In this document: piece by piece, positions 1 to 8,463 of the stretch | How the letters are laid out: every line of letters starts with the position of its first letter | How positions within the stretch are numbered: position 1 is the first letter of the stretch | DNA from: Phenylobacterium sp. | GTDB taxonomy: Bacteria; Pseudomonadota; Gammaproteobacteria; Enterobacterales; Alteromonadaceae | NCBI GenBank assembly: GCA_047617105.1 | Contig: JBLGCB010000002.1 | Coordinates: 9,184 to 73,183, forward strand | Length of the DNA stretch: 64,000 bases | Reading direction: 5' to 3' | Position numbers and translations under genes: made by a program | Notes under the pieces: model-generated | Databases searched by the model: none | What the model saw: only the letters and a program-made list of their open reading frames with translations | Told to the model about the DNA's origin: nothing

Positions 1-1615
1 TGGTGGCATCATAAGTCGCAGCTGTCATCGTCGGATTGGCGGAATTGCTAACAGTCACTCCATTAACGGTTAAATCCTTGATATCTACATTACCCGCGCC
101 GCCAGCCATCCAGTTATCGGCCACGGCAATATTGTATAACTTGCCGTCATCGGCATTTAGCAAGTCTTTGTTTAAAATGCCGTTGACATGATGTTGGTCG
201 GTAGTACTAAGGGTGACGGTAAAGGCGGTTTCTGAAGTGATCCCCACATTGGCCGTATCGGTTAAAGTATAACTATCGCCAGTGGTGGCGCTGAGGGTAA
301 TGGTATTGGCAACCACATCGCTATTTGAAGCGCTGACGCTGGACATTCTGGTCCCGGTCACCACCAAAGCGCCGCTACTGGCGTCATAAGTGGCAGAGGT
401 GATGGCCGGGTTGGCGTAGTTACTGACGGTGATTTCACTGGTGGGGATCGCAGTATTACCAGTCGTAATATTGGCAATAAAATCATCAAGCGTTGCCAAA
501 TTATAGGCAGTGCTATCATCTGCCACGGTAAGATTTTTATTGAGTAAAGCGTCAACTCGGCGCTTATCTACGCCGCTAATGGGGATGGTAAATTGAGTAG
601 CTGAATCCCGTTCAATATTGGTGGCAGAAGTTAAGGTATATTCACTACCACTGCCACCTTCTCCGATGATTTTCAGTTTATTCACCGTCACATCGTTGGT
701 ACCACCGCCTTGGGCTTCAAAATTGGTGCCGGTGACGACTAGGTTGCCAGTCGATGGGTCGTAGGTAACGCTGCTGATGGTTGGGGTAACACTGGCTGAA
801 CTGACCTTTGCGGTAACGCCTATGGTCGGATCATTGGTGGCATCAGAGTTATTGTCGCCTAAAAACCCGTTATAAGTGGTATTACCGGTCTGGCTGTCTG
901 CCACTGTTTGGCCAGTGGTTTCATTCAGTTTCCAATAACCGATTAAGTTGGTATCACTTAAAGTGGTCAGCTCGACGGGGCTACCACCATTGTAAGCTGT
1001 TGACACTTCGCCAGCGGTGCGTGCGGTTTTATAAAATCGAATATCATCAATGGTGCCCTGCATACTGTTGGCAGCGCCAACAAAATTACTACCAAATTGA
1101 AGTGTGGTGACACCTCCACTATGCATATCAGGTAAGGTTGTACCACTAGTCAACGCTGACCATACACTACCACCAAGAGTGGAAGTATCAGCAACATTGG
1201 CCGTGCCAACCAAACTACCATCTTGATAAAAATCCCAAGTACCACTATCAAACACCCAAACAAAATGATACCAAGTGCCCGTATTAATGGTCACCGTCGT
1301 TGTCGACTGATTAAAATCGCCCGCATTAAGGCTTGCGCCATCAAAATCACTGACCAATCGATTATTAGAGAACCCGCCCCAAACAAGTTTGGCTGAATCG
1401 TTCGCTGGCATCTCCCACATCACAATGGGCTGCGTGACATCAGAGAAATTGGCCCAAAACTCAAGGGTAAAAGTGGTTAAACCATTTAAAGGCGTTATGG
1501 CAGCATCAATTTGAATATTCTGCCCATTAGTGCCAAAAGTATATCCGGTGGTTGCCGCAGCCCATGTCTGGGTTGGCAGAATTAACAATAACAAAGCCAA
1601 TAATAATTTTTTCAT
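1..1615 (-). CDS. Secreted LamG/concanavalin-A-like lectin-domain protein with ~125-aa tandem modules (partial; C-terminus runs off the left window edge)
   Basis: Not in the supplied ORF track because the frame stays open to position 1. Minus-strand ATG at 1615-1613, then a signal-like MKKLLLALLLLILPTQTWA. Residues ~45-205 read FTLEFWANF...TWYHFVWVFDSGTWDFYQDG...GTIDDIRFYKTARTAGEV (LamG_3-type pattern). Three units then begin (S/T)xTYDxSxGxLVVTGT at aa ~283, ~408 and ~533 (period ~125 aa = 375 nt). My own by-eye translation. Confidence 0.6.
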   Translation of the reverse strand, partial: MKKLLLALLLLILPTQTWAAATTGYTFGTNGQNIQIDAAITPLNGLTTFTLEFWANFSDVTQPIVMWEMPANDSAKLVWGGFSNNRLVSDFDGASLNAGDFNQSTTTVTINTGTWYHFVWVFDSGTWDFYQDGSLVGTANVADTSTLGGSVWSALTSGTTLPDMHSGGVTTLQFGSNFVGAANSMQGTIDDIRFYKTARTAGEVSTAYNGGSPVELTTLSDTNLIGYWKLNETTGQTVADSQTGNTTYNGFLGDNNSDATNDPTIGVTAKVSSASVTPTISSVTYDPSTGNLVVTGTNFEAQGGGTNDVTVNKLKIIGEGGSGSEYTLTSATNIERDSATQFTIPISGVDKRRVDALLNKNLTVADDSTAYNLATLDDFIANITTGNTAIPTSEITVSNYANPAITSATYDASSGALVVTGTRMSSVSASNSDVVANTITLSATTGDSYTLTDTANVGITSETAFTVTLSTTDQHHVNGILNKDLLNADDGKLYNIAVADNWMAGGAGNVDIKDLTVNGVTVSNSANPTMTAATYDAT

Positions 1616-1878
1616 CGTATCGAAAAACCTGTTTAGGAACAAAAGTCAAGAAGAATTCTAAAATAACGCTGCACTATGACTATTAACCATAGTAAAATCC
1701 ATCAAAAATTCAACTTTTCCGCTTATAGAATCATATTTAAAGACTAAAGTATTCAGCATTTATGATTACGACTATTTTTTAACCTTTTTTTGCTGTGTTA
1801 CTTGCAGTTTCCGTTACAGTGTCTTTTACTTTAATGATTCTTTATTCAACAAAACTAACCAAAAGTAAGGGGAATATT

Positions 1879-2517
1879 ATGGAATTTATCATGGGTGGCA
1901 TTATTATGTTTGGTGGCAATTTCACACCAAAAAACTTTGCATCTTGTGAGGGGCAGCTAGTTGCCATTAGCGCCAACCAAGCATTATACTCAATATTAGG
2001 CACTACATTTGGTGGCGACGGGCGAACCACTTTTGCGCTGCCAGATTTAAGAAGCAGGGTCCCCGTAGGACTAGGAAGAGGACCAGGACAATCAGCCATC
2101 ACTCTGGGCAAATATTATGGCACTGAATCAACTCAGATGACCATTGCGCAAATGCCAACTCACTCACATAAAGCAGCTTTTAAAGGTAACGGCGGGGGGA
2201 CAGGTAGTTCTCTCACGGCAACAGCAAAAATGTTTGTAGCAGGCAAAAACGCTGATTCTCCAGATCCGACGAGTGCTTATCTTGCCAATACAACATCAGG
2301 CTTTAGTTCTACTGCTGTCTATAACACCACCCGAGGCACAGCGACCTTGGCAGCAGATGCGATTGACGTCTCCCTCTCCGGCAGCACCGGCGGCATCACT
2401 GGTGGCACGGTCGCCGTCAATCCAACAGGTGGTGGGCAGAAGCTAACCAACATCCAACCCTCGTTGGGTATGAGATATTTGATTTGCACGCAGGGATCGT
2501 TCCCATCAAGAAGTTAA
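1879..2517 (+). CDS. Phage-tail-collar domain protein (MdpB / microcystin-dependent-protein-like)
   Basis: Frame of track ORF 1795..2517. I prefer the ATG at 1879, 6 nt after AAGGGG (1867-1872). FGGNFTPKNFASCEGQLVAISANQALYSILGTTFGGDGRTTFALPDLRSRVPVG is the classic tail-collar motif. The C-terminal NIQPSLGMRYLICTQGSFPSR is also typical. Confidence 0.75.
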   Translation: MEFIMGGIIMFGGNFTPKNFASCEGQLVAISANQALYSILGTTFGGDGRTTFALPDLRSRVPVGLGRGPGQSAITLGKYYGTESTQMTIAQMPTHSHKAAFKGNGGGTGSSLTATAKMFVAGKNADSPDPTSAYLANTTSGFSSTAVYNTTRGTATLAADAIDVSLSGSTGGITGGTVAVNPTGGGQKLTNIQPSLGMRYLICTQGSFPSRS

Positions 2518-2565
2518 CCGCTGTGCTCACCGTCAATTAAAGCGCCTTCAATACTGCTGGCGCTG

Positions 2566-3522
2566 CTATAAAACATCAAACTGGGCTCCGGCATCCAGAC
2601 CAAAACGTTCAGCAAAAGCCAAACCGCTAAATACCCCTTCAGTAATGGTTAACACATCCAAACGTAACGCACCATCGATGGTGGCCACTATCAGCCCTTC
2701 AGGCTCGCCGACCAGCAACACGGTACCAGCAGGCACACCAAAGGTTGGATGATCAACCACAGTTGCTTGCAACAATCCGACAAAAGATTGATGCCAGACA
2801 ATCATCGCGCCATTAAACAACGGATTACCCGCCCTAGCCATCGCCGCAATCTCTGCGCCTTTCATGGTTTGCCAATTGATGATTAAATCTTGCTGAGTTG
2901 GCATCGGTGCCGCCAATGCCTTCTCTGTTTTAAGGATTTGCACTGTTGCCGTCAAGGTATTGTCCTGCAACTGACCGATAAATTGCAGTACAAAACCCGG
3001 TGAGTGCTCGGCCATCACATGGCCAAAACTGTTTAAGGTGTCCAGAGGGTGCAGCGGGAAACGTTGTTGTAGCATAATATCACCGCTATCAAGCTTTTCT
3101 TCCACCTTTAAGATGCTTAAACAACCTTCGCTTTCGCGGTTGCGTATCTGCCAATACAACGGCATCGCCCCGCGATATTGTGGCAAAGCTGAGGCATGTA
3201 AATTAAACAAGCCATTGGCAAAAACCCCCAGCACAGACGTTGGTAATTTATGGCCAAACGTGAAGATTAGCCCGGTATTGGCTTGCCAAGCTTCAATTTG
3301 ATGGGCTATTTGATGGGTAATGTTTTCAGGCTGTTCAACTTGATAACGAATATGAGGGATATTGGCCTGACTCAGTTGCTGAGCCAATTGCATCGAATCT
3401 TCATCAACACGGTCGCTCAGCACCACACCAGCCAGGTGTTGTGATTGCAGTAATTGATTTAAGGTCGGGATCACGATGCTGCTAGAAGCAAAAAGCACCA
3501 CTTTAACGGTGTTATTATCCAT
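2566..3522 (-). CDS. Fmt-family formyltransferase (tailoring N-formyltransferase, PvdF/CchA-like role proposed)
   Basis: FNLHASALPQYRGAMPLYWQIRN (N-x-H plus SLLP-type motif) and LDSGDIM (catalytic Asp region), with an Fmt-like C-terminal domain. The track start at 3528 is TTG. The ATG at 3522 lies 10 nt after GGGGAG (3538-3533) and 6 nt after the TAA of the upstream gene. Confidence 0.8.
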   Translation of the reverse strand: MDNNTVKVVLFASSSIVIPTLNQLLQSQHLAGVVLSDRVDEDSMQLAQQLSQANIPHIRYQVEQPENITHQIAHQIEAWQANTGLIFTFGHKLPTSVLGVFANGLFNLHASALPQYRGAMPLYWQIRNRESEGCLSILKVEEKLDSGDIMLQQRFPLHPLDTLNSFGHVMAEHSPGFVLQFIGQLQDNTLTATVQILKTEKALAAPMPTQQDLIINWQTMKGAEIAAMARAGNPLFNGAMIVWHQSFVGLLQATVVDHPTFGVPAGTVLLVGEPEGLIVATIDGALRLDVLTITEGVFSGLAFAERFGLDAGAQFDVL

Positions 3523-3528
3523 AAACAA

Positions 3529-4818
3529 TTAACTCCCCACGCCAACCGTGGCCAAAAACCCAGGCAAGCCATTGAGCCGATAGAAGAATTTCAGCGTATC
3601 GCCACTTTGCACCAATAAATCACCGGGTTTAGCATCATGAGGGGTAAAGTTAATACATACATGCAAGTCCGGTAACGGATGGGTGATGCCCGAATCATAT
3701 TCTCCGAGATATTCATCGTTATAGGTTTTTATTTGGGTGCAGATCAGCAATATCGGTTGCTCCGGCTTATCCTGATATTGTGCCAGTGGCGGGATCACCA
3801 CCTCACCACATTCGATCAAACGGGTATTTTCATCCAGTACGCGTTCGGTTAACCCGCGCAATGAGCTTGGGGTTAAACGTAAAATGTCGCCCAATTCCAC
3901 CCGTTGATCAACGCTATCTTGTGGCATATTCGCTTCACAGAGCCTGGAACTATTATCACGCCATTGCTCAACAAACTCTTGCTGACCGAGATTTAACACC
4001 GCGCGTAAAACCACCTCTTGAGGCAAAAATACCCCATCAACTTCCATTATGGCGGCAAAATGACGGGCCATAGGCAAATGCCCCTCCCGGCTAAAACCGT
4101 GCTGCATCGCTTCTAGCACCACCATATGTATCGGTGTTGTTGGTTGATACTCACAAGCGTCCTGACAACAAATTTCATTGATATAACCACTCAAGCCCAT
4201 ATCATGAACTATCGCCTCTAAACTGGCCGCAGCACCGGGCTGGATATCAATCAGGGTCAGGCGAAGATCATTTTCATCATACAGGCCCTTTTGCTGATAA
4301 TAGCCAATTAATGGCAATAACAACGGGGCAAAGGGGCCGCAAGCTGGGTAAACGATATGCAAGCAATCATCATAGCGATTTTTTAAGTCGGCAATGGCTT
4401 GATGTGCCCCGCGAATAAATGAACGCACCCGCAAAACATCTTTTTGCGTGGTGACACAATGATCAGGCGATATCACCAAACCGTGGCGCGAAATAAACTG
4501 TCGCTTACGGGCGGAGGGATCAATATCAGCCATCTGATAAACCTGATTAAGCTGGTCAAACAGCGCCACCAGCTTTGGCTCCAAAGCAGTAATATCGACG
4601 GTTTGTTGATTGAGTATTTGGCTAACCGCATCAACAATACAGCTTGGTAAGCTGGTGCTTTGCGGTTCGGGTTCTGTTGGGGCGGTGATCTCGGATGGTA
4701 TCGATTGGCTGAGTTGTTGGCGTAATAAATCATCCAATGAACCCGTTGATAACTGCGGATCGGCGTAATCCGCAGCGGTAGAAAAAGGGGTATCGTCTCC
4801 CATCACATTTTTAGTCAT
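3529..4818 (-). CDS. PRMT-like protein (arginine methyltransferase fold with double-E loop; degenerate SAM motif I)
   Basis: By-eye colinearity with type I PRMT cores. VYPACGPFAPLL occupies the VLDVGxGxG position. LIDIQ sits at the end of beta2. LEAMQHGFSRE has exactly 8 residues between the two Glu, as in SEWMGYCLFYE. MARHFAAIMEVDGVFLPQ parallels YARDKWLAPDGLIFP. ITHPL may correspond to the THW loop. The N-terminal ~110 aa are low complexity. Confidence 0.55.
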   Translation of the reverse strand: MTKNVMGDDTPFSTAADYADPQLSTGSLDDLLRQQLSQSIPSEITAPTEPEPQSTSLPSCIVDAVSQILNQQTVDITALEPKLVALFDQLNQVYQMADIDPSARKRQFISRHGLVISPDHCVTTQKDVLRVRSFIRGAHQAIADLKNRYDDCLHIVYPACGPFAPLLLPLIGYYQQKGLYDENDLRLTLIDIQPGAAASLEAIVHDMGLSGYINEICCQDACEYQPTTPIHMVVLEAMQHGFSREGHLPMARHFAAIMEVDGVFLPQEVVLRAVLNLGQQEFVEQWRDNSSRLCEANMPQDSVDQRVELGDILRLTPSSLRGLTERVLDENTRLIECGEVVIPPLAQYQDKPEQPILLICTQIKTYNDEYLGEYDSGITHPLPDLHVCINFTPHDAKPGDLLVQSGDTLKFFYRLNGLPGFLATVGVGS

Positions 4819-4878
4819 GCTTTGTCCTTCATTATTGATCTTATGGCAAACACGATCTTAAATGTATCAGACAACAGT

Positions 4879-4897
4879 GATAATGCCATTAAATAAC
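4879..4897. promoter_or_regulatory. Candidate Fur box upstream of the PRMT-like/formyltransferase pair
   Basis: GATAATGCCATTAAATAAC matches GATAATGATAATCATTATC at 13/19 positions (the first 7 are perfect). It lies 61 nt upstream of the 4818 start. Confidence 0.3.
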
Positions 4898-4925
4898 AAA
4901 AAACTATGACGGCACTATGAAGGCA

Positions 4926-5744
4926 CTACAACATCACATTGTAATGCACTTGTTTAACGAACCAGCTGAGTTTTTCATTCAAATAGTCCAGCACTTCTTC
5001 TTTATGGCTGTTGATAAAGAAGTGGTCACCATCATACTGTCTGACATCCACATGACCGTCCATCAATTCATGCCATTTTAATACATCCGCTTCTGGCACA
5101 TCGGTATCGCCGGTGCCATACAGTAAACTGGCATCACATTTAAGTTTGTGTTCGCCTTTGTAGCTGAAGGTTTCACTAAGGGCAAAATCAGACCGCAACA
5201 CCGGCATAAAGAGTTCCATCAGTTCTTTTTGCGCCAAAATTTCTTTCGGGGTGCCGCCAAGGCTTTCGAGTTCTTCAAGAAATTCATCATCTGGCAAGGC
5301 GTGTAAAGCGCGTTTTCTGGCGGGTAAATGAATTGCACGTTTGGCAGAAACAAAGTGATATAACTGACGTGAAAGGTGTGGATTGGTCGCCGCTTTTTGT
5401 TGTAATGCACGGGCTAATTCAAAGCTGAGCATTCCGCCATTACTATGGCCAAAGAAGATAAACGGCTTGGTCAGCAACGGCATAATTTGCGGCAATAATG
5501 CCTCAATCATACCATCACAAGAGCTGATTAATGGATCGACAAAACGGCTCGCTCGACCCGGATACTGAACGCCAATCACCTCAACCTCAGGGGGTAAACT
5601 TTCACACCAGTCCTGAAAAATCTGGGCACTGCCACCAGCGTAAGGAAAACAAAATAATCTGATCACGGCATCAGGCGCCGGTTTGGTGACGTTAAACCAC
5701 TTATTACGATATAAACTTGGCATCTTTGCTAGTCCCATTTCCAT
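4926..5744 (-). CDS. Type II (editing) thioesterase of NRPS/PKS systems
   Basis: LFCFPYAGGSAQIF, GHSNGG (GxSxG nucleophile) and a C-terminal DGDHFF motif. Size is ~260 aa. The start may be an internal Met (MPSLYRNKW). Confidence 0.85.
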   Translation of the reverse strand: MEMGLAKMPSLYRNKWFNVTKPAPDAVIRLFCFPYAGGSAQIFQDWCESLPPEVEVIGVQYPGRASRFVDPLISSCDGMIEALLPQIMPLLTKPFIFFGHSNGGMLSFELARALQQKAATNPHLSRQLYHFVSAKRAIHLPARKRALHALPDDEFLEELESLGGTPKEILAQKELMELFMPVLRSDFALSETFSYKGEHKLKCDASLLYGTGDTDVPEADVLKWHELMDGHVDVRQYDGDHFFINSHKEEVLDYLNEKLSWFVKQVHYNVML

Positions 5745-5984
5745 TGTTAATTACTGAATAAAAGCGCTTATAAAGGTCAATTTCATTGATTAGCGCGAAA
5801 AAAACCTCAAAAACCCCGACTCGGACTTAGAAAAAGCCATTATATAAGCACTATAGTACCGGGCAATATAGCAAAAATGGCCTGTTTCAACAAGTTAACG
5901 CGACAGCGAAAAAGTTGATTAAAAATGCTGTGCTATACTGATTATTAAGTAGCCAATTGGCCATTAGACGCAGACGGACGTAGA

Positions 5985-8270
5985 ATGAATAAAGCAAGCT
6001 GTCTTATCAACATGCTCATCATCATTTGTTTACTGAGCAGCGGCTTAGTTTGTGGCCAAACCGATGAAGTCGACCCGTTTAACTTGCCATTAGAACAACT
6101 GTTTAACACCCAAGTCAGCACTGCCTCGGGTTGGGACGAAGCGCTGCGAGATGCCCCGGCAGCCATGATGATCATCAGCCGAAAAGACATAGAACAGCGT
6201 GGTTACAGCAGTCTCGGCGATATTTTTGCCGACCTGCCAGGTTTTGATGCCATCGGTTTTGGCACCACTGCTCAAATTGTCGCCTATCAACGGGGTTACC
6301 GCACCACCGCCATGCAGCGCACGCTCATTGCCATCAATGGTGTATTAGACAACCACCTATGGACCCATCGACTAACCGCCAACCACCAATACCCGATGAC
6401 CGCCATTGAACGTATCGAAGTGCTTTATGGCCCGGCTGGGTCTATTTATGGCCCCAATGCATTTCTGGGCGTAGTGAATATTATTACTCGCCAACCAGAT
6501 GAGGTTGATGAAGAAGATGAACAACCCTATTGGCTCAACGTCAGCGCCACTTTGGGCGAAGATAACACCCGTGGTTTTAGTCTTGACGGCGGTGGCAAAC
6601 TCGGTGATGTAAACTTCAATTTTGCGCTGCAACAATACCGCAGCGACGGTGCCAGTCTTGATGACTATCCTAGCTGGGGATTTGCCAATGCCAACTGGCT
6701 GAACAATACCGACGTTTGGGGACCGGTATTACAACATCAAAGCAACGGCGAAAATTACGGCCATTATCTAAACCCGGATGATGACTGGGGTTTGCTCAGT
6801 GAGATCAGCTACCACGACACCACCCTCGGCGTGATCTCTTGGTCAACCACCCGCGGTTATGGTCTCTATTATGCCTTTGATCATGCTCAACCCAATGCCA
6901 GTTGGCAAACCGGATCTCGTCAGTTCTACCTCAAACATGACACCGCCATTAATCATAAACTCAAGTCAAAAACCTTGCTTAAATACCATATCAGTGATTA
7001 TCGCGGCGACTTTGCTGAGGCCATGGTGGACTCAAACGAAGGTCAACAAAACTTCTCTTACGTGTCGATTTCTGATTGGAACACCGATAACGATAGCTGG
7101 AAGTTTCGTCAAGATTTTGAGTATCAGGCCAACGACCAGTTAAAAGTCAGTGGTGGACTCAAGTATGCGCGTAAAGACCTGACCAAAGCCTATGATATTT
7201 GCAATTATTATGCTGATAGCTTTTGCTCAGCGGATAATGGCAACGACGACGGCCCCCATGGGCTGGGTGCTGGTATTTTTCATAGCACCGATGCACAACT
7301 TACCCTTGGGCCACCTCCTTTGGCTAATATACCTCGCCTCAATAAAGTCAAAACCAGCGATAAAGGCGCTTATGTCCAGCTGGGTTGGTTGCCCGAGCAT
7401 TGGCGTTTTTCGGCCAGTTTACGTTGGGATGATAATTCTGTTTACGGTGCATTTTTCAAACCTCGTCTGTCTGCCATTCATCACTTGAACGACCAGAGCA
7501 CCATTAAACTGATCTACGCCGAAGCCTTTCAAGAACCCGCCCCACAGCAACTCTACGGTGGTTGGACTGGGCGTAAAGCCAACCCAGATTTACAACCCGA
7601 AGAAGTGAGCAATATCGAATTGATCTTGATGCACCAACAGGGCAACTGGTCCCATGATGTTTCACTCTATCACGCCAAATATAATCATGTGATCAAAGAA
7701 GAAGCGCAAAATGCCGGAAAACGTGATGTCACTGGTGTTGAATACCGGGGTAACACCACCTTTGCCAATCCGCTAGGCAACACTGACAGCGTTGAAGATA
7801 TCACGGCCAACTTCTATTACAGCTGGACCGACGCCAAAAGTGCCATCACCTACGACCATGATATCGATGAATGGATTGATGGCCGAGCAGAGTTGGGCGA
7901 TATCGCCCGCCATAAAATCAGCGCGGCGGTTAACCTTCCTTGGAGTGAAGCCATCAATATCAACCTCAAAGCCAACTGGGTGGGTGATCGCACCCTTTAT
8001 TTACGCAATAAACTGCGGGCGCAGGGTAAAAAGGCCGACAGTTATACCACTGTGGACTTGACGTTAAACTGGTCATTCAACCCCATGGCTGATCACCCTG
8101 TTAAACTTAAACTCGCCATCACCAATTTATTTGATAAGGCTTATTACCATCCTGGTGGTGAGGCGGCAGATTCGGGAGATGATTTTACCGAGCGCGCTCA
8201 AGGGGTGAGAAACTCACTTGTCCCCCAGGTCGGGCGACGTTGGTTATTGAGCGTTGGGTATGAATTTTAG
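5985..8270 (+). CDS. TonB-dependent outer-membrane receptor
   Basis: Signal peptide. Plug motifs DAPAAMMIISRKDIEQRGYSSLGDIFADLPGF and IEVLYGPAGSIYGPNAFLGVVNIITR. 761 aa. C-terminal beta-barrel signature ...RRWLLSVGYEF. Confidence 0.9.
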   Translation: MNKASCLINMLIIICLLSSGLVCGQTDEVDPFNLPLEQLFNTQVSTASGWDEALRDAPAAMMIISRKDIEQRGYSSLGDIFADLPGFDAIGFGTTAQIVAYQRGYRTTAMQRTLIAINGVLDNHLWTHRLTANHQYPMTAIERIEVLYGPAGSIYGPNAFLGVVNIITRQPDEVDEEDEQPYWLNVSATLGEDNTRGFSLDGGGKLGDVNFNFALQQYRSDGASLDDYPSWGFANANWLNNTDVWGPVLQHQSNGENYGHYLNPDDDWGLLSEISYHDTTLGVISWSTTRGYGLYYAFDHAQPNASWQTGSRQFYLKHDTAINHKLKSKTLLKYHISDYRGDFAEAMVDSNEGQQNFSYVSISDWNTDNDSWKFRQDFEYQANDQLKVSGGLKYARKDLTKAYDICNYYADSFCSADNGNDDGPHGLGAGIFHSTDAQLTLGPPPLANIPRLNKVKTSDKGAYVQLGWLPEHWRFSASLRWDDNSVYGAFFKPRLSAIHHLNDQSTIKLIYAEAFQEPAPQQLYGGWTGRKANPDLQPEEVSNIELILMHQQGNWSHDVSLYHAKYNHVIKEEAQNAGKRDVTGVEYRGNTTFANPLGNTDSVEDITANFYYSWTDAKSAITYDHDIDEWIDGRAELGDIARHKISAAVNLPWSEAININLKANWVGDRTLYLRNKLRAQGKKADSYTTVDLTLNWSFNPMADHPVKLKLAITNLFDKAYYHPGGEAADSGDDFTERAQGVRNSLVPQVGRRWLLSVGYEF

Positions 8271-8463
8271 CGAATAATGTGAGCGCAAAATACACTGCCA
8301 TCCATCCCCAGTTCAATATCTCTTATGCTTTTAAAGCATGTTACTAGTGGTTTTAGAATGTTTTATTCTCAAAATAATTGCTGACTAAATAACCAGTATG
8401 ATTGCCTGGTGCTATACTTATATACAGTATAAAGCTGATAACTATAGCATTCAGGAGAACAAA

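Noticed and set aside
358-555. 65-aa minus-strand ORF inside the LamG-repeat gene region.
   Set aside because: It is out of frame with the long open frame that carries the signal peptide, LamG motifs and repeat modules.
2541-2564. AGCGCC...GGCGCT hairpin between the convergent tail-collar and formyltransferase genes.
   Set aside because: A 6-bp stem with a 12-nt loop and no U-run is marginal. It is not listed as a feature.
5745-5984. Fur box in the divergent thioesterase/TonB-receptor intergenic region.
   Set aside because: The best candidates (TCAATTTCATTGATTAGC, CTGATTATTAAGTAGCC) match the 19-mer consensus at well under 11/19, so I could not support a call.
8325-8339. Palindrome ATGCTTTtAAAGCAT as terminator of the first TonB receptor gene.
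   Set aside because: The effective stem is only ~5 bp once a viable loop is allowed, and there is no U-run. That is too weak to annotate.
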